A stretch of DNA of 63,857 nt, the filler included, from Collodictyon triciliatum (lineage: Eukaryota): the NCBI GenBank assembly GCA_043381765.1. It is 4 parts of 4 records of this genome, joined end to end, with 100 filler letters (N's around TTAATTAATTAA, not from the genome) between each part and the next. Parts side by side here need not be neighbours in the genome. Positions count along the whole stretch, not along the records: positions 26,030 to 51,953 come from JBHJMP010001031.1; 3 more parts are not named here. The stretch is one strand, 5' to 3'. The notes below the pieces were generated by a model. The model searched no databases, was not told the DNA's origin, and saw nothing but the letters and a program-made list of their open reading frames with translations. The translations under genes and the position numbers were made by a program. Positions 29,201 through 41,546 of the stretch are shown piece by piece (the stretch's first letter is position 1; every line of letters starts with the position of its first letter).

Positions 29201-31401
29201 GAACGCCTTAGTCCCTTCTCTTTAACATTAGTGGTTAGAGTCCATTTTTTGAGTCTTGCATACTAATTCACAAATAGCGCGTATTGATGGTGTCAAGTAC
29301 CAACACTACCATGCCTTCGAGGGACAGCACGCCTTGAGCGACTCTATTAAAACTTTTGGTGTTGACCATCCTTTCACGGCCCTCGTTCCAAAGTATGTTG
29401 GTATTATATCAAAATATGTGAAAATTATGATTCTAATATATTATCAAAAAAATCATGTATTTTTATTATTATTAATTTAAAGCCAATCAATCCATTTATA
29501 ACATATATATCCTGTAGCCTCGACGGAATAGACCCAGACGATGTAAATAATGCTATGTTAATTATCTATATTCTTGTCACGCGGTATCATTTCTTATATT
29601 CACATGATTTTCACATCTTATTCTTTGTAATTACTCAGGCATTTAGCTCCATTCCGTACGAAAAAGGCAAGCCTGGCGTGATTTCAAAATGCTCTTTCCA
29701 TTCCTTTCTTCATTTTTGTTCTCTTTCGCCTCATATATCTATCTTTTTTCTATAAAAAAAATCAAAAAAACTAAACAAATAAAACCATTTTGTTACCTTT
29801 TCATTATTCAAAGACATATATGATTAGGCTTCACTTTCCTTTGGTATCTGGAGAAGCTCGTTGGTATCCCTGACATGGAGAAGTTCCTCTATGATTATAT
29901 CCAAAAAGTACTTGCGCTCTATTCCACCTCTTTTCCTGAGAAAAAGTATTGCTCCTTGTCTACTGTTCTTCCATTTTTATTTCCTTTTTTAAATAGTAAA
30001 AACACCCCTTTCATATTATATCGCAGTTCCGCCGTTTGAGTATCACCACAGACGATATGAAGGAGATGTTCCTGGAAAGATTCGGCCATTTGGAGAGCGT
30101 CCAAGCCATTGAATGGGATAAGTGGCTTTTTACTCCTGGATACCCGCTTGGTCAGAATTTCATTTTGTCTTGATTGGTTGTATATGTCCCATCCTTATTC
30201 CGTTCAACAAGGTGATTTTATCATTATTCCTGCTCATTCTCCCGATTTTCTTTTTCCTTCATTTTCAATAGTTGCCCCTGAATTCGACAATTCCATGGGC
30301 GAGGTTGTTGATGTTCTACTGCAAAAGTATTTTCTTTATTTCCAACATGTCCACAATTCATGGTGTATGCGTAAAATTCGGTTTTTGGCGTCATCGAAAT
30401 CTTCATTTCTCTTTTGTAAAATATCTATTGACAATTAGATGGCTTTCTGGTTCTGCTGAAGTATCTGAAAGTGATTTGGATGGATGGGTTACTTTGCAAA
30501 AGAGTAAGTGCTATCTTATCCTTACAGAACATATGCATATGATGGTGTAGGATATTAAGATATCAGAATGGCTCATTATTTAATATGTATAGCGATTGTT
30601 TTTTTTTCGATGTATGGGGTTTGTTTTTTCATTTTTCATTTTTTTTCATGTATTATTTCTCTCTTTTTTTCTTCTTCTTCTGCGTATTGCATATAGTAAA
30701 CTTCCTTGAAAATCTCCTTGTCGCGCACGAGAAGCTCTCTGTGGAGACACTTGGTCGAATGGATGCGCTGTACAAGTTTACATCCAACACAAACAGCGAA
30801 ATCAAGTAAGCGACTGTGGTATATACAAAAGGAAACTAGTTCAACACATATTATGAAATCAAATCGTCGAAAACAAAGTCATTTGAGATAACGAAATTTT
30901 TTTTTGATTATATTGTTTTGTTTTTTTAAAAAGAAAAAGAAAAAGAAAAGAAAAGGCTTCCTGTTTTGATTATATATGCTTCAGGTTCAGGTGGTATCGT
31001 CTTGGTGCTCGATTGGGATACGATCATGTTCTTGATGCAACACTTCAGTTTTTGGCGAGTCAAGGAAGAATGAAATACGTTCGCCCTCTATACCGGTATT
31101 GCTTTGTTGTAGCTTCATTTCTTTTCTTTTTCTTCTTTTTTCTTTGACAGGACAAGAAGCAGTTATTGACACGTACAAATTGTGCGCGTATGCAGTGAGA
31201 TGTACGCTAAGGACGGTATGTGGAGAAGCGCCGCTCTCTCGCACTTCAAGGTTTCTATCACTCATTTTTATTGTCATTCTCATCATCGCAGCCTGCCAAG
31301 TAAGTTGTTGATTATTCATTAAAATGTAGGCCATTGGCAAGAACTATCATGCCATCGCCTTCAAGATGATTGCGAAAGACCTGAATGTGTCGTCATCTTA
31401 A
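26299..31401 (+). CDS. LTA4H: Leukotriene A4 hydrolase-like M1 zinc aminopeptidase, about 23 exons (second in-frame ATG at 26485)
   Basis: [31 protein letters not shown] (GxMEN); [17 protein letters not shown]...FWLNEGFT (HExxH-18-E); [22 protein letters not shown]; stop at 31399-31401. Confidence 0.97.
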
Positions 31402-31411
31402 GGAAAGAGAG

Positions 31412-31442
<31 letters not shown>

Positions 31443-31485
31443 TCTCTGTTTCTTTCCTTTCCTTTTTCCCTGTGTGTTGTCGTTC

Positions 31486-34400
31486 TCACAGGCGTATATC
31501 TTCACCAAGGAAGAGACACATTTCAAGAAGTTGTGCGGATTGGTTGAGCCGGTCAGTCATAAGTCTCATAAAAGAACAGAGAGAAAGTTTTCGCCGGGTC
31601 CTTCGTCCTTTATTTATGCTGCAGAACATGAGGGTCCATCCTAAAAAGCGTGCTCTCACTCCAAACGAACGAATCAGAGTTCATAGTGGTTGGTCGTAAT
31701 GCTGCTGCCGAGCAAATGACAGGAAAATCTATTGTAAAAAAAAAAAAAAGAAGAAAAAGAATAAGAATCGATTTATAGTTATCATATGGTTTCTTCCATG
31801 ATAGATCAGATCTATTTGCCAGTGGACAAGATTCTAAGAGAAATGCGCACAAAAGACTGCATCGCAGAATCCCAGAAGAAGAAGAAAGAAAAAAAGAAGA
31901 GAGAGAAATATTCATCATGCCTGATCTAAGGAAGTCTGTGATATCGAATAGTCCGCTATTTGCATCGATACTATGTTTTTCTGCACAAAAGAAAACAGTG
32001 TTGATAGGGTGGAGCTCTGGATGGGAATATTGGTTNNNNNNNNNNNNNNNNNNNNNNNNNNNNNNNNNNNNNNNNNNNNNNNNNNNNNNNNNNNNNNNNN
32101 NNNNNNNNNNNNNNNNNNNNNNNNNNNNNNNNNNNNNNNNNNNNNNNNNNNNNNNNNNNNNNNNNNNNNNNNNNNNNNNNNNNNNNNNNNNNNNNNNNNN
32201 NNNNNNNNNNNNNNNNNNNNNNNNNNNNNNNNNNNNNNNNNNNNNNNNNNNNNNNNNNNNNNNNNNNNNNNNNNNNNNNNNNNNNNNNNNNNNNNNNNNN
32301 NNNNNNNNNNNNNNNNNNNNNNNNNNNNNNNNNNNNNNNNNNNNNNNNNNNNNNNNNNNNNNNNNNNNNNNNNNNNNNNNNNNNNNNNNNNNNNNNNNNN
32401 NNNNNNNNNNNNNNNNNNNNNNNNNNNNNNNNNNNNNNNNNNNNNNNNNNNNNNNNNNNNNNNNNNNNNNNNNNNNNNNNNNNNNNNNNNNNNNNNNNNN
32501 NNNNNNNNNNNNNNNNNNNNNNNNNNNNNNNNNNNNNNNNNNNNNNNNNNNNNNNNNNNNNNNGAAATAGAAATAGAAATAGAAATAGAAATAGAAATAG
32601 AAATAGAAATAGAAAAAGCAGGAAAAAGGGATGGTGAATAAAAATCTAGGAGATTATGCACTTACCAGTCTCTGATATTTTCCAAGTTGTTGATGAGACT
32701 AAAGAAGTGACCGGCGCTTGATGACCAGCAAGAATCTTGGATTTCGCACCGCCTTCCTCACGCAAGTCCCAAACACGAATCTTCAATTGGTGTGCATTCT
32801 TTTTTTCAGAATATTCGTGACACAAATCATCTCGGCTTTTAAACATCAATATACACAGACAAACAAAGACATGCACCATAGTACAAGTATATGGCCCATA
32901 GTTTATAGAGAGAACTTAACGAAGGACAATGGAAAATTGAGAATAGTACTGATGAATCGTCTGACCCGGACCATAAAAACGACGAACCGAACCCCAGCAA
33001 GCAACGAATTCTGAATATATTAGTAAAACTCAATTTGGGACTGAAACAAAAACATCACAACCCAACTAATAGATAATGATGATAATAATATCATTTAAAA
33101 TGTGCTGCGAGGCGAGTGCAACAGAAAAACTACGATAGGCACATTCATAATAGAAAGCTGTGTTACATATCCAAATGCCCAGAAAACTCTCGAACAGGTG
33201 TCCAATTAAGTGTATCCCACTCAAGAATCTTGACATCTTTTCCGGCAGAATACAGATATTTACCCGTTGCGAGGAGACATGTGATTCCTGCGTGATGCCT
33301 ATTAAAATCATAGGTGTGAGTTCCGCATATATGACTGGAATGAATGTAGGTGACCGCCCAAAAGGTCATCTATCAGTATTATCATATTTTGTTGACTAAT
33401 TATGTAACAACCCTTGAATGGTTGCCACAGACTGCTTGTTAACTGTATTCTGCACATATATACATCCATCCTCTGCTCCAAGACAAACCAGCCTTCTTAC
33501 CACCTGGGGAGACAAAAAAAAAAAGAAGATAAATTAAGTAAATAAAATTCAGTATGGAAAACGAGCCATTAATGCAAGGCACTTTTCAAAAGGAATGAGC
33601 TCGTGCCTCCATGCACGTGATAAAAGCAAAAGCATTTGCCGGCAACTTTTCCTGGCTCGGAGCAGTGCTTCCTGGAGCAGAGGGAGATATCGCACTTGGA
33701 ATCCCGAAGCTGCTGACAACTTCCGCTGTTCTAGAATTCCTAAATAAGAAGAGTAAATGTAGCATCATCTTCAGTTATGATGCAGATAAAGGCATTTATC
33801 ATCATATATGGCCATGCTTATCTTCTTGTTAATATCTCAAAAGTATTGCATACCTCACGATTATGATGCCTCGACTGTCTGTCGTCCATAATTCACTCTC
33901 CCCAACTGGACACGACTGCACAATATCTCCTAATATTTGGAGATTGATAGTCAAAACCGGCGAAGAGAAAATAACACCAAAGCAATTACAAAACACAACA
34001 TCAGATCGGAGTAACCTTTTCCCGAGAATACAAGCTGTTCAGATTCATAAGATTTCTCTGGCGTGCTATGAATCCAGGAATTTTTGCTGTTCATACTCAG
34101 ACGGGACGGATTAGAAGATGCCTATTTCGAGAATAGTACAGAAAGGCATTCATGTTTCAAATTCAAGATTATCACAGACTCCACATGATGACTTTAGGGT
34201 CTTCTGGAAGATATGTACATGTTTTGCAACCGGAGGAGCCGTTGGCAATGTGGCAACGCGTTTGGGTTGCAGCGATAGAAGTTGGTCGAGAAATTGTTTG
34301 GGCTCAGAAAGTGCTTTCCTCACATGTTTCTGAGATGTTGTGGGGGCTAGCGATACCTGTCAGTCGCCATGTAAGGTATGGGCGTTATTTAAATTCCAAA

Positions 34401-37400
34401 AGAAATGCATAAACAGGAGGTATATGAATTCGATTCTAGAGCGACTGATATTCCCGAGTTGCTAAAGGGACGTGATATTTTTTTTTTCAAAAAAATCATT
34501 TGAGACTTGGCTAGACCTCTTTCGTAAAGAAGGGGTCATTTGGATTCGACAGCCAAGCGAGCGAGTCATCCGGCATTGATGTCACCTATTTTAATCAAAT
34601 AAGGAGTCAGTTTTCTAGTTGTCGACGCGCATTTCAACGGGTTTTAATGGATATGTGTGACAACCTTTTGAACGACTTCAATCATAAGATTTGCAGATTT
34701 CGATATAGAGTCAGCCTATCAGATTCATTTTAGTTTACAGAAGGGAAAAAAAAAGATTTTTCTAAGCTGAAGAATTTGCAAATGACGGTGCATTAAGACT
34801 CACTTTAAATGAGAAACTAAAGTTAGATTGGATAGGCTTATTCTTTGTTCCTTTCGTTTTTAAGTAAAAATAAAGGTGTCTTGCTAGTACGTATATTCAT
34901 ACTTGTTCAGGGAAGTGGTGGAAAATTTCTGTCAATAGCGCTGTCGCAGGTTCTTTGAACTCTTCTACGCCTAATGGAATCGTGTTTGTCATCATTTATA
35001 TATTAATATTAATATATAAATGACGACAGTGTTAACTCTATGTCGATAATATTGGGATATTTCCACGTGAAGAGTATTTAATTTTGCATCGAAAAAGGAT
35101 GATACAAGGTCGCAATTTTTTTTATAATTTTTTTTAAATGCTTACTTTGCCTCTGTAAAGCGTATTCTGTAAGATGTTTGATGATAGGGCACATGTCAAC
35201 ACGGTCTCGATTTGAGCGTTCTATGAGGGGCATCTCCAAGAGGTATTAAAAATTAAAAAAAATTCTTCATAAAGCAAGTTTCTGCATTCATTTATCTACA
35301 ATGATATTGTAAACCGTACGAGTGAATGCGTTGCAAGCGCCATAAACCGTATATCGCCCATGTGGGTGGGTAGATATTTCGTGAAAAGCTCCTGCAAATT
35401 AAGAAAATCGAAATTAGGAAGTTCAATAAGATATATTTTAGACACTAAAAGAAAATGGGGTCTGCATTTCTGTCAGAGAGAAATAGAAAAACAATACATC
35501 ATTGGATTTTTTTTTTCCAAAAAAATGTTAGCACGGCCCTGGGTCACTTACCTGATGATGACCATGACATGTTTCAAGCAATAGAGGAGCAATAATTACA
35601 TTTGTATCGGAATGGTTCTTTTGACAACATAAAATCGCCTTCAAACCTCCGCCACTAACAAACCTGAAAATGGCCAATTATCAGCATGAATGGAATGCAA
35701 TATTAAAATTTTTGGGCCTTTTATTTATTAAGATGCTCACAAATAAAAAAAAAAAATAGCACGTGGTTATCAAACCAGTTGTAGAATTCATTGGGCGAGT
35801 TCGCTCCGCTTGTGAAACCCTCTCGATGGATTTTTCGCATGTGTGAATGCAGGAAGGTCAAGAATCTATGCGCACACATATAATGATATTTTGGAATTCA
35901 GGAATATACTAAGAGATAAACCAAAGTGTATTAATCATTTGTAGAAGAAATTACATTATGAATATAATTCCGCCGGATTTAAGTTTGACATTTAATGAAT
36001 ACACACTTTGCACCCAAAATAGCAACACCGCGGTGTTGGGACCGAAGTGAAGATGCTCCGATTTGATCCAGGTGATGCGATAAGCAATTTTCGGAATCAT
36101 TTTCCATCAACAATTTCGCCATAAGATTTGTCTTTCATTATGCGTATTAAAAAATTATGGCAAAAAGTCAATTAATATAATCTGAAAAGAAAAAGGGAGA
36201 GTTGTTCTTTTTTTCTATCAGGTAAGCCAGAAAAAAGATAACTCTGTTTCCAAAAAATTGGTAAGATTTTAAAATACGTATTCAAAAAAATACCTTATCT
36301 GAGAGAACCTTCATGAGTTGTACACCAAGACTAAAATCGCCCTTGAATCCCAACGACAAAAGAGACTGAATTTTTTCTGCCTTTGACGAATAAAGTTTCC
36401 TGCTTTGTTTCATAGAGATGCTCAAAACCATCGATACACACACGGCCACCAAATCCTGCCACAAACCCGGACAAAAATAAACAAATTATAAAAGCATAGT
36501 AATCGGAAACAAATCATGCGCTAAATAAGGGTTTTAAATTATTATTTTTAAAAAGAAGGAAAATATAAGAAATTATCCACTTCGATTATGGGACAAAACA
36601 AGCATATCTTTTCGCTATTACAATTGAAGAAGACACCCTCGATGCATCGTTCAAATTCTGTGCAATGTCTTCGTCTTGCAAAGGTTCGGGAGATACGAGC
36701 ATGTTGCTGGATGGTTCCTTGAGCTTTCCATGCTCTTTTCTCTTGGCCTCAGGAACTATGGTGCATAATGTTATTGTGCAGTCAGTTTCTCAGCCTCATT
36801 TCTTTGTTGCACACACTACCAGGAGATGGAGAGAAACTGCGGTAGAACCAAAAGGAAAATGGACAAGGAAAATATGTAAACGTGAAAAAAAAAAAAGGAC
36901 ATCATGAAGTTCACAAGTTTAGACCCGTATTTGATTGATGGATGATGTGATGAAGATGGTCCAGGATTTGAAAGACCAAGTCAGAATCTATCATAAAATA
37001 ACAATAATAACTATAATTAGAATGATGATAAAAAATGTAGAGTAAAAGAAGGTTAAGCGACAAGAAGCCAAAAGGTTGGCTGGTCTGAAATACATCTACA
37101 CTCGAGCATTCGAAACCTCTTGCGACGATTAAATCCCTGATTTCCTTGGCTATCGGGATTCCAATCTTTTTCAACTCCTGCGATAAAACGTCCCAGTTGA
37201 ACCTGAGGTAGCAGAAAAGAACCCGCAAAGGGGTGCGCCTCAATCAATCAATCACTCAATCAATCACATAGATGGATGATAAATAGATGGGACGAATAAG
37301 TCAGCAATTGAATCGGTAGATATAGCAATATCGAGAACCCTCTCAGTCCACCGGTGCTTGGTTTCTCCGCATCTGAAGAAGACACAGTAACCAACTCAGC

Positions 37401-37800
37401 AACTACGTCCGGCCCGTCCTATAATCAACATTTCAAGAACGACATCAATCGAAATCCCGAACGCCAACAAAAAAGAAAAAGTATTAGAATGAAAGAGATT
37501 ACTACAAACGAATATCGTATATCTCTAGAATGAATGGAAAAAGGAAAAAAGGAGAATGAAGAGAAGCAGAGTGTGACAAGGCAAACAAACTGTGCCTTCC
37601 TGACGGATCATCGCACATTATGTGACCATATTACTCACAGGAAACAGGCGAACAATCAGCTCGGCAAGTTTGTAGCCATCCAAAAACGCCTTTGTCGTGC
37701 GTGCGTCCAAAACCCAGTTTCCTTCGGTTGTGATCCGGGAAGGACTTTCGACGAGCCGCAGACGCTTCAGCCACGCGCCGATTTCTCCGCGAACTTCCAT
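31486..37800 (-). CDS. Multi-exon protein: N-terminal CH2-like domain, helical middle, C-terminal WD40 repeats (3' end across a gap, uncertain)
   Basis: Start MEVRGEIGAWLKRL; FNWDVLSQELKKIGIPIAKEIRDLIVAR-DSDLVFQIL resembles SPEF1/SPATA4-type CH domains; WD40 repeats HHAGITCLLATGKYLYSAGKDVKILEWD, GHLD...LWSGSDDS...IRVWDLR, GHQAPVTSL. A 528-N gap (32036-32563) interrupts the 3' part. Confidence 0.7.
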
Positions 37801-38186
37801 CCACTTTCTCGCTTTCGCTACAGTTTTCTGCAAACACTGCCTCGTTTTCACTTCACTTTTTTTTTCACTTTTTTTCTTCACTTTTTTTCACTTTTTTCTT
37901 CACTTTTTTTTCGTTTTTCGGATCAATCAAACCTTTTCCGTTAACGAACGGAATACAAATCCACATAAAGTATCAACTGCCAAGAAATTTTACTTATAGA
38001 TACCATTTATGGTATGATTAGCATCTACATTTTTTCGTCTCAAAAACCAAAAAAAAAACAAAAAAAACAAAAAAAACAGAAAAAAGAACACAAAAAAACA
38101 AAGAAAAAACGCAAATACGAAGGAGAATATTAAATCGCTCAGACTCTGGCGCAGCACGGAAGGGACAAACAGACAGCCACAAGGAC

Positions 38187-41061
38187 ATGGGGTATGAAAG
38201 CTACACTTTTCCACCTGTTTGATCTGATGCCTTCCCTTTTCCTTGCCGATATTTTAACCAATCTTCTTTCTGCGTCTTCTCGCCCTTCATCTTGACTCAT
38301 TGCGTACTTTGTACTCTGTACTTTGTACTTGTACTTTCTTTTTTTTTTCACCCGTTCTGCTTGGAAGGTGCCATTTTTCCTGCCTCTCGCCGGCAGTGGT
38401 TCCATCAGAATTGACGGGGATCAAAGAAGTGCGCTCCTCTCTTATTCCTGCGCTGGCCGAGCACTATTTCCAGACACAAGACAATAAACAGCTTCGCTTG
38501 ATCCGCGCTTGCGGAGGGCAGAAGGTATCCCTCCTTGACTATACCCTCCCTCGACCAAGCAACCATCTGATGCATCCATCTAAAATGAAAGCGCTTTCAT
38601 CACGAAGAGAAGCACACGTACTAATCACCGCTTATCTCCCTTCAATCATCGTCTGTGTTGTTGTCTGGCAGGGGCCTATTATCCTTGCACCAGGTATCTT
38701 TCCTGATATTGAAGCCACAGCCTACACATTTCCTGTGTTGCGGAGTATACATATGAAACGAGCGTATGAGTAGACGTCTTCGTCAATAGCATGGAATTTA
38801 GGAAACATATGGTCGCATATAATCTTCATATCGTTCTAAGTGCTAATAAACCTTTTACTTCTTCCTCTTCTTTTGTGCATGAAAGGAACGTCCATGTCCT
38901 CCTTGTCTTACTGCTCAACTATAGTACCTCAGAGTCTTGCCGAGTATTTGTACGTTCAGGGATATGATATATGGATGCTCGACTGGCGAACCTCGTATAA
39001 ATCACATCGCATATCTTTTGTAGCATATCACATATTCTCTACGTCACATAAATCCATTGAACTTACTGCTGCACATCTTCATTTCCATTTGTGTAAGTCT
39101 TCTTTTTTTTTTTTTATTGCTCTTCTAAGTCAAATCACACAGTCCCATCTTAACATATTTCATTCAACACATATTTCAGTCCAGATCTCAGTGTACACAC
39201 CGAACATGTCACTCTGGATGACGTCGCAAGATATGACTGGCCAGCTGCGGTGGATTTTGTACGAGGCGAATGTGGTTGTCAGAAAGTGATGGTTTGTCAA
39301 ACCTCATTTGCATAGTTTCATCTCCTTCACAATCTCTTGATCCACTCTCAAGCAGGCGCTTGTCCTTACGAATTTACATACGTCTTTACCATTAGATCTT
39401 TGCACATTGCCTCAGCTCCACCTGTCTGAGTATTTCACTGCTTCAGGGTTACTTGGATGCCTCGCATATCTTTGGAATCGTTGCAAGCCAAGTGAATATT
39501 TGCTTATAACCCGCCAATAATATCACGATGAATTCAATTTGCGGCGTGGTGTCTCATCGAATGTTCTATTCATATTCCCATCAAGTCCTCGTCTCGCTAA
39601 TTTCTTTGTTAGATCAACAAACATATCGCAGAATTGTGCTTTAAATCAAATTAACTTGCTAATGTATATGTAACATAGGTGTTCTCTCATCCAAAACTCA
39701 CCTTCCGACAGCACTTGAAGGCTGTATTCCGCTTGGATTACCTTATTCCTGGTAGGGCTTTGGTTCATTTTAAAGAGTCTGACACACGCTGCAGGTTTTT
39801 TTTTTATGCCAGAGTCGGAAGTTTCCTTTATCGAGCCAATCCAAAACACCCTGAGATATCAAGATTGTTTCCCTTTTCTCCAGACTTACACCACAAGATT
39901 AAAATTCCGCTAATGCAATATTTCCTCTTTTCATTCCTTCTATTTTTCTCTGCCGCTTGTATAAAGTTGGGGTGACACTGTGTTATCCGTCGCAACACCG
40001 CTGATATACCAAGAATCCAGATGCGACAACTACACATGCAGAAGAATGAACGCAGGTATACATTTAATATCACAGCAGAGTTCAAAGTGCCTAACCATAT
40101 GAACTCAAAGACATTCAAATGAATCCTTTTAAGAATATACTTAAAACACAGTTTATATCCCCCTAATACGTGAGTGAAATCATATGAACATCTCTTCGCT
40201 TCCCATAATCATTTCACATAATTTCAGTTCCTCATCATTTCATAGCAAAGATTCACACTTGGTGACTATCAATATTATGTCGTGGTTTATTAAAACATAA
40301 TTATAATGATCACGGAACAATTAGCGATGGGCGGAATCCTTTATCATCCTCAAATCAATGAAGACCTTCATGGCGTCATCGGAGATATGATTCCAAGCGT
40401 CATGTGGTCGTTTGTCCATGATTCTTGTAGATCCATTCGCAATGGACATGTTGATATTGAATCTGTATGTTTCTTACGTTCTCTTGTTTAGATTTTCCAT
40501 AAAAACACAAAATTTTCTATCACGTGAACAACTGTCACCAATTGCTTTCTCATAGAATGCCTATTTACAATATGATTCGATAAACGGGAATAAGAATAAA
40601 ATACAGGTACTACTGGCACAATCCTCAAAGCTTTTAATTTCTTCACAAAGCCTGAAATGGTAGCCAGACTCAACATCCCCATCGCATTCATCTCTGGGGA
40701 ATACAACAGTATGTTTACAACAGAGAGTATCGAATGCAGCTTCCGGATGCTTGTGGAAAAGAACGGGCCTCGGGTTTCCCTTTTATTTCCTTTTTTTTTT
40801 TTAAAAAAAAATAATACCTTAATATTTTTTACTTTCGCGATATTTTTTGTTTCTGGAGGTATACTTCTGAAGCCTTTTCTTTTACGTCGTGTACAATTTA
40901 CTTATCTAAATTGATGTTGCCGGCCTCTCCAGAACTACCACAAAACCATACTCAAAGATTACGGGCATCTTGACTGCTTGCTCGGTAAAAACAGCGCACG
41001 GGATGTGTTCCCTGTAATTCTTGCTGAACTTGAATGGATTCAACAGCTCAACAACGAATAA
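38187..41061 (+). CDS. Alpha/beta-hydrolase with a Cys nucleophile elbow, resembling the hydrolase domain fused to GMC/cholesterol-oxidase-like proteins
   Basis: Spliced exons: GPIILAPG...SLAEYLYVQGYDIWMLDWRTS, TLDDVARYDWPAAVDFV, IFAHCLSS, CDNYTCRRM, IPIAFISGEYN, YGHLDCLLGKNSARDVFPVILAEL; stop at 41059-41061. Confidence 0.8.
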
Positions 41062-41546
41062 AATATCGGGTGTACATCGCAACTACAAGAACCGCTCAAG
41101 GCGAGAGGCTTTTAATCGTGTGGATTTCTTTAAATTCTTTTCTTCATTTTCTTCTCTCCTCGGTCGACTATCTGAAAGTTTTTTAAACTGCTAATTCCAT
41201 CCTGTTACTTTTCATCATACATGCCTTGCATATACATTGTCTTTACTATCCATGTCAAACATGTCGATTTTCACAGAGGGTGATGTCCTATCGCACGAAT
41301 CTTTCTCTCATAATTGATGTGAAAAAGCAAAGATATTACCGCTATAGCTTACATGCCGTATTAGAAAAAAAAGGGATAAGAAGGGGAGTCGGGCGACTGT
41401 CGAATTACTATTCGAAACTGCGGCAAGGAACGGGCTATGAAGTCACAAAGGCTGCGTATCATTATTTATTCATTCCTTCGCCGTCATTCCATCAAGGAAA
41501 GCATGTTTGAGCTAGGCTTCGCAAACAGAGATGAAGGGATGCATCT

